From Botryllus schlosseri (lineage: Eukaryota), in assembly GCA_051294905.1 (NCBI GenBank), contig CM119371.1, forward strand, positions 19,346,001 through 19,406,000: a DNA stretch of 60,000 bases, in the 5' to 3' direction. Numbering within the stretch: the stretch's first letter is position 1; the number at the start of each line of letters is the position of its first letter. A program made the position numbers and the translations under genes. Below the pieces are notes generated by a model. That model was not told where the DNA came from. It saw nothing but the letters and a program-made list of their open reading frames with translations, and ran no database searches. Below, piece by piece: positions 36,760 through 50,676 of the stretch.

Positions 36760-39700
36760 TACGCAATTAATACCGCGATAGCTTTCGATTGATACCCGTT
36801 TTATCAATTTTAATGCTTGGCAAGCCGGTAAAAAATTTCCGCCAAATTGCCTTTGACGAAAGGGAAAGTGTGACGTAGACCTATTTCACTGAGCCGTGAG
36901 ATTTGCTTGTGTACACACCTTATAGGACACTATGCTCACGGCGCAATCCCTAATTAATATTTCAAGGTGTTCGATAAGACCGGTACCCCAAATTTACCAA
37001 TATATCAATTCATCAGGGATGAGTAGGTGATGAGATAGCGTCGTTGTTCAACTGTGTGACCTATTTTATCTCGATATTAAATTCATGCGGACCGCGGCAT
37101 CTACGAAATTTGAAAAGCGGCCCACGACCCGTTTTGAGTTGGCGTCCCCTGGCATAAGCGGTGTCTTACAAAAGCCTACAAGTGTGCCGTACTACAAGTC
37201 GGCGGTTACGGAATCAAAAATTAGAAATATCGGTCTGGTCTAAATGACCATTGTAGTCTACCAACACCATGATTACCACAAACGATATTAGGGTTGAGTA
37301 CATCATAAATGCCGATAATGCAAGTCTTCTCGCTTCGACGAACTTACGTGCAAGCTCCACTCGCACGCTGCGCATACAAATAACATACAGTCACTAAAAT
37401 TTGACGTAGTAAGCAAGTAGCGGGGTATCTCGGCAGACTGTAGCCGCGGGCCACATTATCATATAAGACGGAAAACTGTCCGCGGGCCGGACAAAATCCC
37501 TTCGTGGGCCGGATCCGGCCCGCGGGCCGTATGTTGCCCACCCCTGCCCTACGGCATTTCGGAATCTGATGGACGTTACAAAGGCAGCTAGTGATTTGCG
37601 TATGCTGTATTATTCTAATTTAGACATAATTCGTTGGATTGCTAAAACATCATCATCTAATGATTAGGATCTAATCGCTTATCGTCTTTCACGACCGAAT
37701 CTACAAACGCACCGGCGATCGCTGCAATGTAATGTGCAGCAAAGCGTGCAACCCGGTAAATTCGAAAGTAAACTGAGGATAAGAGGAGTGATCATAATAA
37801 TGCTTTCAATGTCTTGTGAAAAGGAATGGACTTGTGAAGTATGTGGAATGAAATCTGAATCAGGAATCCACCCCAAATGCTTTTCCATGATAGCGTGGCA
37901 CTGTGAGTGTAGCGTGTATGCCTGTTTATATTTGTAAAAGTCCTCATAATTTTGGTGCTATAGGCCTACTATTGTTTTCAGGAGTTGACAAATATCAGCT
38001 GCTGGGTAGAGGTTTTCAAGGTTCCCGACTGTTGCAGAAAATTGGCCTTCCCTGCAGAAAAACGGCTGCATACATTACATTTGAGGTTGGTTTCAATTTT
38101 TTAGGGTCCATCGGTCCGCCAAATATCTTTTGAAATTTTGCCGGTCCGCGAGGTGAAGAAGGTTAATAACCACTGGCCTACATCACCGTTTGATGGACAG
38201 TCCGCGTTACTAACGATACCGCATTGTTTGCTTCAAGCTTCAAGCTTCTAGTAGCCTACTGACACGATGATATAACACAACACACAATCAAGTAACGAGC
38301 TGTATTGCGTGGACATAAGAATCATGAAAATGAAATGAGATAAAATTCATACAGTAGTGCGTTCATTCGTTCGTATGAGAAGATCAGCAATTTTTGCCGC
38401 CTCCATCTTTAATTGGAATCGCTCCCGTTCGATATGTAGCAATTCCGTCTGCACCAGATGCTGCGCTCTCAGCAAATCCATCTGGCTAGGCGGGCGTCGG
38501 CATGTATGCGTGTGGTTCTTTCTACGAAAAAGACAGGATCTTGTTGAACCACAGTTAAATCAGGAAGTCCACGGTCCCCGTGCATTTACAGCATAAAAAC
38601 ACCGAATATGTTGTTCAACCGATCTGTAATTTCGTTTCAGATAGCTAGATAGAACTTGAACAAGTTTACATTTTATATTTGTTACGCGAATTCTCTCAAT
38701 CAATGTAGGCTATGTTGTAGGCCCATAGGTTATATTTGTATAGCCTACTCCGTATTATACGCCATCAATATCCGCACAGAAGACATACGGAGCTAATTAG
38801 CCACAGGGTCTATTCTTATGGCCCCGTATTCACTACAAATGGCCAGGTCAAGTTCATATTAGGTTACGCCCTTTTAATTCACGTTTTCAGGGGTTATGAA
38901 GCATTTCGAACTGCGGAGACCCCATGGATTGTTAATATAGGTTTGCTGGATACTCAACTCATGCGTTACACGCACCGTACCAGTAGCCAGCACCATGCCA
39001 GTGCCAGTATATGGTATATGCCAAGTGAACTCGTCCGTCTTCGCGTATCGCGCCATATACAACAGCGTACAGCCGTATATTCATTATTAGCTCCTTGAAC
39101 TCATTTCGTTATCCACTCTATATCAAATCGATTAATACAGAATATCGGAGGCAAGCCGTAATTAGGCCTACTATTGTAGGCTATTTGTCCACTACTATGT
39201 TGGAGATGCCAGGAAGAAGCGTTACGCGGGACATATCTCCATCCGACGCCAATGCTAAGTTGAGTGTATGTATTGTATATATAATTAGGCCATAACTTGG
39301 GAAATTGGGCTTACTACTGTAGCACGTTATCAAGCAACAGCACGCAAAGTAAGTATGGAATCAGCGAGGAAGTCGATATCTACTTTTTACAGACATAATT
39401 GATAAATAATAGGATATAGACCTAGATTTTATTTCAAGCAACACCGACCGCACGCTGTTCGCGTGAAAGGAAGACGACGGAAAAGTATTCTCTGCAAAAC
39501 AGATCTATCACTATCACATATAGAATAAATCTGTGATCTTCGTCTCTGGTGCTGCTTCCGTATCGTTGGAAACGAGCTGCTATGCCAGAAGAATTTATAG
39601 TTCTAGTTCTGGATATCCCTGTCACCCAATTAACCTACATATCAATCATATACAACAAATCATATTTGATATTTTTCAAAGCATTGAGGTTAAATCTTCT

Positions 39701-42700
39701 ATAACTTTCATACCGACGTGCTACGTCCTACGCATACCTATTTTTCGGTTTATTTCTCGTTATTGACACCGCCCGGGATTTGATGATCTTCTTCCGTAGA
39801 ATCTGATGCCATTTGTCCTTCTCATTTCTTTTTGTTCCTTCACGGCTACTGTATTTCATTGTTTGCTTGTGAATTTCTGTCGTCCTTGACGCAGGTATAA
39901 CTTAATTGTAAGCTGCTTCCGACTGAGACGCTGAAAAGTGTATGGAAGCTGCTGTATTCCGGCCGTGATTACGTTCGGTGTGATGATTACCCCAAGTGAA
40001 AAGTGGTTAAACTAAATTAACAATCATGAGATCATTGCTAATTTGGTTTCGAGATTCCCACACTCAGTAGACTGGACTCTCAGTTGACATACACTTTGGC
40101 AAGCACAAGAAAATCAGGAATATTTTTATTATTCATTTAAAGTGCTTTTTTATCGATTGCCCTCACTGGTCGTGGTCATGGTCATGTATTGTTCGCCCGA
40201 CGTTTTCTCGTAGTTAATTTCACGAGCCGAAGCGCGCTGCATCGCTTTTTCCGCTATCGTTTTAGCTTCATACCTTCGATGTTATACGGAGTACGTGGAC
40301 CTACGAACTATGGCACATTCTAGAAATGGACTCCCAATCCAAATCAGCCCTGATGAGGCCAGGTTCTGGAATCATGAGCATGAGCATGACCCCATCCCAC
40401 TCCAATAAATCAATCATATACCCAATATCAGTATCATCGATTCAAAGCACCACAAGATTGCCTAACGATGAAAATATAGGAAGGAGTAGAAACGATTGAG
40501 TAGTCTTTTAATCAGACACCTACACATGCTCCCAGCTAGAAGATACAAAAAAGACGCATTTCCACTGAATGAAAAGCAACAGAATTTTGACTTGAATGTG
40601 GCTAGAGAAGTGGTCAAAGCTAATAAGCTACACCCATGCTGGCCATACATCATGAATCTCACTGTCACGAGGCCTGCATGAAAGTTAGTAAGCGTTGCTA
40701 CTCAATTCTATGCCTATGCCGTTTGCTGGTAGCTGAACGACGACTTCCACCTAATCGGCCATCTAGTGCGGCATCAAGACGAGCAATGAGCTGCCGCCAT
40801 CATCAACCACATTCCCGCGGAGCAATGGCGCAGAGGTGGCTGGAATAGAACAACACGGCGCTCGACCATGGAGACCGATTTGGCGCAACGCGGACTGTCG
40901 CTCGAAGACGCCCACGACCGCCTACGCTGGAGGCGCTTAACACGAGTCCGAAACTGATTCTCTTGATGTTCTTTTGTTTCCTGCTTTCTTTTGCCCTTTT
41001 TATTTAATTGAAAAGTCGATATATATATAAAGCAGGTTAGAGACTATGTTTGACTATCATGATAATGGGGCCATTTCACGCATCTACTCTGAAAATTTCA
41101 CGAATAAAATGCAGCGAACTTATCTCAAAACTACTTTCTGCGATTTGCGAAATCCGAAATGCAAAAAGTAAATATTTTGCCACAATAATTTCAAGTAGAA
41201 GTAGTTTAAATCATAGCCATTTGAGTATAGGTAGTATAATTATCCAGAACCTACTTGAGTATTTGCCGATCCGAGCGAGATAATGTAATGGCGATGCGTC
41301 CTGCTTCTCGATCCGTAGGTCGTGGGTTCGATCCCCGGCCGGGTCAGACCAAAGACTCGAAAACTGGTATCCGCAGCTATCTTGCTAATCAATCAATCAG
41401 GTTTAATAATATTTTCATCGTTTCAAAACATCACAAGACTGCTGCGATACAATGAAAAGATAGGAAGGTGTCGAAACAACTCGGAGTAGCCTTTAAGATC
41501 AGACACCCACCGTAGCCTAGGCGCAGTAAAGAAGACGAGGCATGCACATGCACACTGAATGAAAAGTAATGTAGACAAAAGGGGGGAGATGTGGTACCGA
41601 TGAGACACTGGGACCGAATATACTTGAAAAATTCTCTATGCTAATCCCATTATTACAGTGCGACACTTTGTCTACAATGGCATGGTGGCAGAATCTTTCC
41701 TCACATGCAAAAAAATTCGACCTGCGTGAGTTATGGGGTCTGTGACAAATGATTTACAATTTAGGGGGTTTAATATAAATTTGGATCAACATATACATTT
41801 TTCAATATCACCTTCCAGACTAACAATCCCGCAGTAATTTGTGATGTGAAGTATAGCGCTCGTATCAGGTTGTATGATGGCACATATTTTTGAATCAATT
41901 GAATTACATAATTTATAGGGTGGGGGACCTATGGTACCATAGCCAAATCAAGCAAAATAGTTGGACCAACTAATCACTTGACAACAGAAACACGCCGCCT
42001 ACATATATAGACGCTGTAAATCATAGTTGCCCGTGGTGTTTTATCACTATTACGGGGTATTTTAAAGTCAAAATGTCGATTTTCGGGTAATATGTATGTA
42101 GCATTAATTTTGTAAATTTCAGCAGAAATCAAAACGTGATTTTATTCCAACATTTGAGTTGATATTTTCTATTTTATTCCCGAAGGTGGGGAGGAAACAT
42201 TCTTCATTGGCTTGCTGTAGCTTAGATTATAGCACACAATAAAACATGTTGAAAAAATTTGAGTTTTGAGCGTATGTCTCTTGTCTCATAGGTCCCATGC
42301 TCATGTGCCATTGGACCCACCGGGTGGGGAGCGATATGATACGATCGAGCAACAAATTTTAAACGTTTCTAAATATTTTTGGAAAAGGAGGATATCCATG
42401 TAAATGTCCGCGATAGGTAGAGCTTGTATCAAAGTGTTGAGAGAGCAAAGATCTTCTATTCTCGGCTGAAGATTTGAGCGCCAGAGATCATTTTGCAATT
42501 TTTCATCCATCGGTACCATATCTCCCCTATAAGACGCAAGCGACAAAATGAGGTGGCATGTGGCGGATGGCGGGGTCGATGGTAGGTCGTGATCCGGTAA
42601 TCCTGAAGGCTGGCTAGTATTCATTTAGAAGAAATTGCTTGCATTTCGACTTGAATGCGGACATGCTCGACGACTGTCGGATAGCCGGCAATTAATATGC

Positions 42701-43060
42701 TGTTCCACAATTGGGGTCCCGCATACTTGATAGAGCAATGCGTTTTCTTGTATTCCGTCCTGCTCATATGATAGTTGTTCTTCGTTGACGCGCGTCCGCT
42801 GTACTTGTGCGCTTTGGTCTCCGATGTGAAGTAGTCGTTGAAATTTGAGGGACATTGACCGCAATGGAACTGATGCATAAACTTGGCAATTTCTAGCTTC
42901 CTCATATCTTCTATGTTTAGCTAGGCGCTCAGCGTCCGCGGATAGCATGTAGGAGAAAAAACACGGGGGCGAAGACTAGGGGACCTTACGGTCGTATCGC
43001 ATCTCCGACGTCAAAGCATCTCGATGGCGCAGGCGAAAAAGAATATCATATCTCTATTTG

Positions 43061-43464
43061 AAGAGCTTCTTGGAGGTACAGAACTTCAATATACAATTAA
43101 ATAGTATATTCATATTGAAATGAACCCGAATATTTTCGGCTGACACTCGTCAGGGGTAATCGTCAGCAACTAGTAGAGAATTGGAAAGAACATTGTATAT
43201 CAACAATCGTATCACAAAATATGACGTCACCAGCATGAAATTTCGAATGAGAGAACGTTCAATGTACTATTTTTAGGTGATACACGAACTCCTTTTGTTG
43301 ACAGAGTTTTGGTTGGTGTATTTTGATAAAAGTTGATTCCAAGGCACACAAATGGAATTGTGAACGACCGCGACCTACGATTCGAAATCGGTCGTCTCGA
43401 TAATTATTCGCACAAATCGGATTATCCAACAGATGTTTGCCAATGGCAGAATTAATGGCCTTTG
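43061..43464 (-). mobile_element. 5'-truncated Penelope-like retroelement (GIY-YIG C-terminus, 3' pLTR, hammerhead)
   Basis: 11-bp TSD atctctatttg; absent from copy A; 43462-43259 reads KAINSAIGKHLLDNPICANNYRDDRFRIVGRGRSQFHLCALESTFIKIHQPKLCQQKEFVYHLKIVH* without interruption. Confidence 0.88.
43124..43157 (-). ncRNA. Minimal type I hammerhead ribozyme motif
   Basis: ACCC CUGACGA G UGUCAGC C GAA AAUAUU C GGGU, identical to 9662-9695. Confidence 0.82.
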
Positions 43465-46400
43465 ATCTCTATTTGGAAAAAAGTAGTATTTTGTTACCTG
43501 TCACCTCTGCCGCAAGGTGCTGCGCGTGACTCACATGCCAGCACGAAATAACGCTACGGGACCCCTTCGCCCTACGGCATTTCGGAATCTGATGGACGTT
43601 ACAAAGGCAGCTAGTAATTTGCGTATGCTGTATTATTCTAATTTAGACATAATTCGTTGGATTGCTGAAACAGCATCATCTAATGATTAGGATCTAATCG
43701 CTTGTATAGTCTTTCACGACCGAATCTACAAACGCACCGGCGATCGCTGCAATGTAATGTGCAGCAAAGCGTGCAAGCCGGTAAATTCGAAAGTAAACTG
43801 AGGATAAGAGGAGTGATCATAATAATGCTTTCAATGTCTTGTGAAAAGGAATGGACTTGTGAAGTATGTGGAATGAAATCTGAATCAGGAATCCATCCCA
43901 AATGCTTTTCCATGATAGCGTGGCACTGTGAGTGTAGCGTGTATGCCTGTTTATATTTGTAAAAGTCCTCAAAGTTTTGGTGCTATAGGCCTACTATTGT
44001 TTTCAGGAGTTGAGAAATATCAGCTGCTGTGTACAGGTTTTCAAGGTTCCCGACTGTTGCAGTACAGTTTTACTTAGGAATTCAAATGAGCGCATTGTGT
44101 TATCAAATATTCAGATTTCCCCCAGGGTGAAGGTTAAGCATGCATATTGAATACGCGAATTACTACTATAAAATTCATAAATTATAAGGCAATGGCATGA
44201 AATATTTATAATGCTTCATTGAATATTTCAGGGCTGGCATGAATTATAGCTAGCCTGTATAAATTACTATTTGATGTCCTCACAATTTTGTGTGTCCAGA
44301 ACTCTGGAACATCCCATATTGAGCTTGTTATACATATTTATGCAGTAGGTCTTGTGTTGATGTTTGTTGTTTTATTGAAATTCGGACTTTTGAATTGTCT
44401 CGAAGATATATTAGTCAAGGATTATATTTATGACAATTGGATCGATATCTGAATACGGTTATCTTACCTGGACCTGGAGATATAGCCTATACATTTTTAG
44501 AAAAATAATTTATGAGACAACGCATGATTGGAGCTATGTTGGTCATTCTTGGGTATTTATCTGGAGGCTATTATGTAGAAAGTGATATTGGTCAAAGTCA
44601 AAAAAGGAATTTACTGCTTCAGTTGTGCTTTATCGTGTTTTGAATTAGCCGGATTTTGGATACCGGTAATCTGTTTTGATTTTCCTGTTATAAATCTCAC
44701 AAATAATTCATGAACAAGGCATTAGCTATTAGTAGGGTATTGAATTCAAATTCTGGCATATATCCATTAGGCTGTTATTGCAACAACGCCGATGTAATCC
44801 CGATTAAGCCTAATATATTATTATTTTAAAATACTGGTACCATACTATGATGTAAAAACATTATAGTCATTGTGAATTTTCTTTTCCCGTGGGCCTTGGT
44901 CAATAATTGGATTAATATAGTTGTTGCATATTTTATAAACTTGAGCACTTGAATCTGATACAGGTATGGAGAGTAGTATACAGAGTATGGATACCGGTCT
45001 AGTAGACCATGAGGTTTCCATACTAGATCGAATTTCCGTAGCTGACACATTGCACGAATTATCAGAGTGCAGTAGATTAATGTTTTACTATTTTTAGGAA
45101 TTCAAATCGTAAAACATTGTACGTCGAAGTAAGGTAGCTCCTTTTAAAGTAAATAACAATCTTTCATGGAAGGTGCAAGGTATTCTGGGTCTGAGTTATT
45201 GTCAAAGGTTTAGGAATACAGGGCAGTCTGAAGCCTATTTTCCTGTTATTTAAGAATGCCCGATTCAGTTATTACTTATTACCATGTTTTACAATCATGA
45301 ATTTGGACAATTACTGGAGCGCATGACTCACCCTAGCATAATAGGCTTTGCAGGCATGTCATTTTATTGACCCTAATTTCACATTTATTCTGATGTTGGA
45401 GGGAATAGATGGAATTTTGGCATTTTCATGGGCATCCGTTTGCTGCGTCAATCAGAATCTTTACTGTAGGCCTACCAAGAGTGTGGAAGCCCCGCAAAAG
45501 ACTGATACTTTGATAGTATTTGTTCTATTTTTGAGTGCTGTGCTCGATTTAATGTGTTTGAAGTAATCTGCGGTGTTGTGAATCATCGTTGATTGATACG
45601 TTGGCTTGGCTTCCATTAGTGTTTATGATAACATTGCTGAATTAGGAATAGGCTATTTACAATGCCTGGTGGAGACTGCCGTGTTTAAATCGCAAATTTC
45701 TTAACATAAGAAGAGATAGAAGTTTATTTTGACACAAAATTAATTTATGACTGGTATGGATGTTATCAGGCTATTTGTCTTCAATTTTTCATTTCTGCTA
45801 ATGCCCCATTTGCTTATTCACGACTATCAGATTGTTATAATATAATTTCTGTCAGCCGTGGATACATTTAGGTTACTTGGTTTTAATTCCAAGGTTTACA
45901 AATTGAATTAGTTTTCCCTCGCTAAGACAACGTCTCTGTCTGTGTTTAGCGTCATCACTAGAATGCTTCACTTAACAAATATTCAGTGGCATAAGAATCA
46001 GAGACCTATTTGACTTATGTATGTATATTGCCAGACAGCAATGTGTACATTGTGCTGTCATGTGTCAAACCAATTTTATGCTAGAGTTGACTCGGTTGTA
46101 GTTTTTCATGGTTGAATTTGTACCTCAGGGAATGTCACCATGACTTGTCCATAAAACTATGTCAGACCGGCTGATGAAGAAGGTGTGTGACCATCAAACG
46201 CTTTTGGCATTTATCTATTCCACTAACTCATTGTTTAACTTTCCCTCAAGTGTGGCCGTCTACTTTGAAAGAGATGACATCTCAACTCTATCTGCGGCGC
46301 TTTGAGTCCACTTGAGCTGTATTTGTAACCACAATTAGGGTATCTATTGACTTTCAAAAATAGGACTCCCTTTGTGCCGCATTGTCGGATTGGGACGCAC

Positions 46401-48829
46401 CTTTTGTAGTGTAGGATTTCGTTCAGCTTGATGGTTATTTATATTGCTGAGCAGATCTCCACCCGTGTAGTGACAGCGTATGATGAATTAGTCAGGGTTA
46501 TCTTAGGTCTGTTATCTTGGATGTACACATTCCTTGTGGAATTGATGAAGAGAAGTTTATTAATTATGATATGTAGTTTCACTTTAGCTAAGCATAATTG
46601 TGGAAATATTGTATAGACTAATGTATTCGGTTTGGAAGGTTACTGATTTCTGAGATAAGCAACAAGATTGAGTTATTACTACATGTCAATAAAGCAGTCA
46701 ACACTGTGAGGCAATGAATATCTGATTTTGTTGGTTTTTATTTGGATAAGGGCAGTGTTGTGATTCTTGAAAGGGAAAATTAATAAGTAAGCCTTGGCTT
46801 AGTATGCGATGTCTCTGTCTGTCTTAGTATTCTTTTGTCGCATTTGATCTCTCTTTATTAGGCCAACTACATTTTAGTGGGACAGAAACCATACCATATT
46901 GCAGTGGTGTCAAAGTAACTTATGTCCAGTTTTCAAATTTTGAAGGTTCGCCTTTAAAACTTGAAAATTTTTCAATTTTCTTTCGGCCCTGTCTTGGCCA
47001 TGGTTATGTGTGCTTCATTATTTCAAAGTAAATCGGGACCAAAGATAAAAACTTGAAGTTAATTTTGTGAAAATGTATAAAATGGATATGAGATACTTTA
47101 ATACCACTGCGGCGATGTATTGATATATAGGCCTACATGACATAATATGAACCTGAAAGCATAAGATCCTACACTAGTTTGTAGCATAACGAAAACTTAT
47201 GAATCCTGGATAAATTGTCAAGTCATTTACTTTACCACCTTATGAATTGGTTATGTAGGCCTACTTAGGCGGTTAAGCGTATTTTCTTCTCATACATTTG
47301 TATCGTACTTATAGTGGTAGCATTTTACCGAGGTTTAACCTGGAAAAATAACATTGACATCATAGTGCAAACGACTACCATATGACTATTTATCACCTAG
47401 TGTCGTTTGACTCTGAAACGACAAGCCTAGCATTAATCTGATTCCCCTTGGCATGTGCACAGCAATTGTTTTGTTCCAGCACTGTAGCCTACATAAATGT
47501 AAGAGTAATTTGTTTCTTATGTTAAAACGACAAGTTTTTCGTTTGTATTTCATCCTTAGAAAGCTGTGTGCAATAGCCTGTTATAAGCAGCTTTAATTCA
47601 ACTGGCGTCCATCAGAAGTCTTGACATGTTTCAGATGTTCTCACTGTTTCTCCACTTGCACTTATTCAAGTGATTTTATTTGTACAGGCGGGTCAAATTA
47701 CTTAAATTCAACTTGTCCTAATTTTGTCAGATTGAAGTAGTCTTAGGATACGGTGTGGGATGGATTCACATCATTCCTACAAGTTGAATAACTTGAAATA
47801 CAAGAAGTAGTTACTCTTCAAAACCAGTTGAAGTAGAGATAGAGTAGGTCTATCCTAAAAGTAGTTGAGTTGGAGTTTGCAGTGTAATTAGACAAATCCC
47901 ACTTGAATACTTCAAAACTGTCTTTAGTGAATCTTTGAAGTTGCTAGTGTGCTTGAATTCCAAGACTTCCTTGTTCAGTTTTACTTCAATTAGTAATGAA
48001 AATAGGTACTTTTGCACAAGTTGAATATATGACTACTCAGCACATCTCTGAATTTGTGTCAAAACATCGTTGACCTACTTAGCGCTGCACGAGATTCTAC
48101 CACTTAGCCCCAATGAGATTGTCTGAAAAATAGTAAGTAATCACAGTTGAGGTTGCTGAATGAATTGCCACTCACCTTGATGGCCTGCTGATCTGCATAA
48201 TCTACAGGCCTACTTAGTTAAACTTGGCCGTTAATCCTACGAATTGCTCACGGTAACAATGTTACCTTCAAGCATCCAATTGAATAAAGTGCATTGCTCG
48301 AACTTATTATCATGGGCTGTTTTATTCGGTCACCTATTGCAGGTTTGAAATTTTGTCTTGAAATTGCTGATTATCCATTTTGGATTTGATCGAAACAAAT
48401 TTTTGTGGCAAATTTTTATACCAAAATTTGAAAAGCAGAAATGTAATGATTTACAAGTATGAGCAAATGAGCAGCTCAAGTGAAGGGTAGGCCTCTGTTG
48501 CAAGTTCTTGTTGTTGCCAGATTGCGTTGAAATTAGTTTTGTCCATAGTTGTTGCTCAAAATCATATCTTGTTTATGAAGTTTCCATAACCAATTGACTT
48601 TTTAGGTCATGCGGACTTTTATGACCTACAGGTGTAATTTGGTAGACTTTCTGCATGATGGTCGTCTAGTTCTTCAACAACCATATCAATGTAGCTGTAT
48701 CGCTAAGCACTGGCAGCCCCACACTCGAGACAAACCGAAAAACTTTCTTTGTCTCTGTTTCTGTCTCTCTCTCTCTCTCTCTGAATCTCATCAATATCAA
48801 CTTTGATCGGTTCGTGGACATGAGCATGC

Positions 48830-49731
48830 GACACTTGTCATGATTGGAGTCATGACTTGACTCAACTTGTACAAGAGTCATTTTGTATGACTCGAAACAA
48901 GTCATATGACTCGAGACTAGGACGGTCAAGACGGACATTTGATTGTAACTTCGTAGAACAGTGAAGTCGCCCCATTATTGGTATTTCACCTATCAGTCCG
49001 GATACTTGGAAAATAAGGCCAGAAACTGTTAGGACTGACAAAGATTAGATATTATGAATGCCAGACATTCTATCAGGGTTGTAATGACTCGAGTCATGAC
49101 TCGACTCGAGTCACGATTTTATGATGACTCGACTTGGCTCGAGTCATTTCTCAAAATATGGAAATGACTCGACTCGACTCGATTCAATCTGTGTATTGAC
49201 TCGACTTGGACTCGAATCATTGCGCATGACTCGAACCAAGTCATATGACTCGAGACTCAGACGGCCAAGACCCTGCTATTTCGAAGAATGGTAAAGTAAC
49301 CACACTATATGGATTTCGTCTATTGGTACTAGTACTTGAAAATGCGACCAGACACTGCTAAAATGAGGAAAATTAGTTTATTATAAATGCGAACCATTCG
49401 ATATCACCAATAGAGTTATAAAAAGTGGATATAACAAGACTTTAACTGGAAACTGGTCCGTCAACACAATGACTTGGACTCGAATCGAGTCATAATACCA
49501 TGACTCGGACTCAAGCCTCTGCTTGCTGACTTGGACTCGGACTTGACTCGGTGGTGAATTGAAAATGACTCGACTTGACTCGAGTCAAAACTATAAAAGT
49601 GAGATTGACTTGTGACTCTGAGCCTTGGGACTTGGTTACAACCCTGCATTCTATATTACCCGAGCAGAGTTGAAAAAGTGGGATGAACCGGAGTGAATTC
49701 AAAACTGGACCGTGAACACAATGACTAGGAC
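48830..49731 (+). mobile_element. GACTC-rich MITE with a same-family copy nested inside (49074-49646)
   Basis: Inner copy cagggttgtaa...ttacaaccctg with perfect TSD cattctat. Confidence 0.88.
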
Positions 49732-50676
49732 TGTAACAGGCCCAACTGTTTCATTATGTTGCGTGCTCTAATGTCGGGCTATCACTTTGACCACCTCTCC
49801 TGTTACCCTTTGAAATGTAACAAATCGTTCAAAGTAACTCTATCCTTATGAGAAAACTCATGAATTGTGTACGTTCGAACCTTTTTTTTTAAGATCAAGG
49901 ATTTGTAACCTAGGGTACATGGACTCCATGAGAATCCCCATACAAGTTTTCAGGAGTCCATGAAAGGCCAATGTTGGAAACTATGAAACTATAGAAGGTT
50001 AACATATAATGGCAACGACCGATCTTGCAGCTTTGTTCCGCTCCGCTGAGGCTGGAGTGGAGAAATGTTTTGCGTAAGCGACTGTAGGATTTCTGGCAAT
50101 CCAAAAGTTATCTTCCAGAGCGTAGAATTTACTGAATCTGGTCTCGATCGAAAGCTATTGTCGCACTGATTCAAAAAATATGAATAAAAATATTATCACG
50201 CTCCAGACTTCGACGAATAATCACCATCAACATCTGACTCCCCGATTCCTCAAAGCTGCAAAATCGGTCGTTGCCATTCCATGTTTACATTCCATAATGA
50301 AACTACATTTGTCCTTACTTATAAGATCTACTCTAATTTTTAACTTCTCCTCATATTTTGTCTCGTGAAATGATGACGTTTTTTAAGTCGCCAGGCCCGG
50401 AAATACGTGTTTAGGGGGTCCACGCAACAACCCATAATAATCTAGTCGGGTGCACCGATGCTAGAAAAGAGCTTGAAATCCATGCATTACATCTTTTGCA
50501 TTTTTGCGCCCCCTAATTGTGTCACATGTAGTCTATAGAATATGTTGTGAATGTAGGCTAATGCAAGCTGTGCTTCTATCTGTTTCCAGACTACCTTATT
50601 GTAAATATACTCGGCAGACCTGATAAGCAAGGATCGTTATTCATTTGAAGAAGCCGTGCACGGAATTTCAAAGAGC

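Larger units (their letters stand above)
34552..36934. mobile_element. Palindromic MITE (nest level 2)
   Basis: ~160-bp inverted termini catagtgtcctata... / ...tataggacactatg plus an internal inverted repeat. Confidence 0.85.
34300..37546. mobile_element. Composite non-autonomous hAT element with three nested insertions
   Basis: TIR caggggcgggcaac / gttgcccacccctg; 8-bp TSD ccctacgg; empty site in copy B near 43570. Confidence 0.92.
29165..44062. repeat. Tandem segmental duplication, ~5.6-kb unit (copy A 29165-38033, copy B 38034-44062)
   Basis: Near-identical colinear sequence and paired ORFs in the track; head-to-tail junction with GCAG microhomology; each copy has one private insertion. 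Confidence 0.95.

Noticed and set aside
44820..45480. Possible decayed LINE reverse transcriptase on the - strand (QCVSYG..., FIKYA...)
   Set aside because: Too degenerate to support without a profile search.
49080..49260. CRISPR-like regularly repeated GACTCGA motifs
   Set aside because: Irregular subterminal repeats of a eukaryotic MITE with no repeat-spacer structure and no cas genes.
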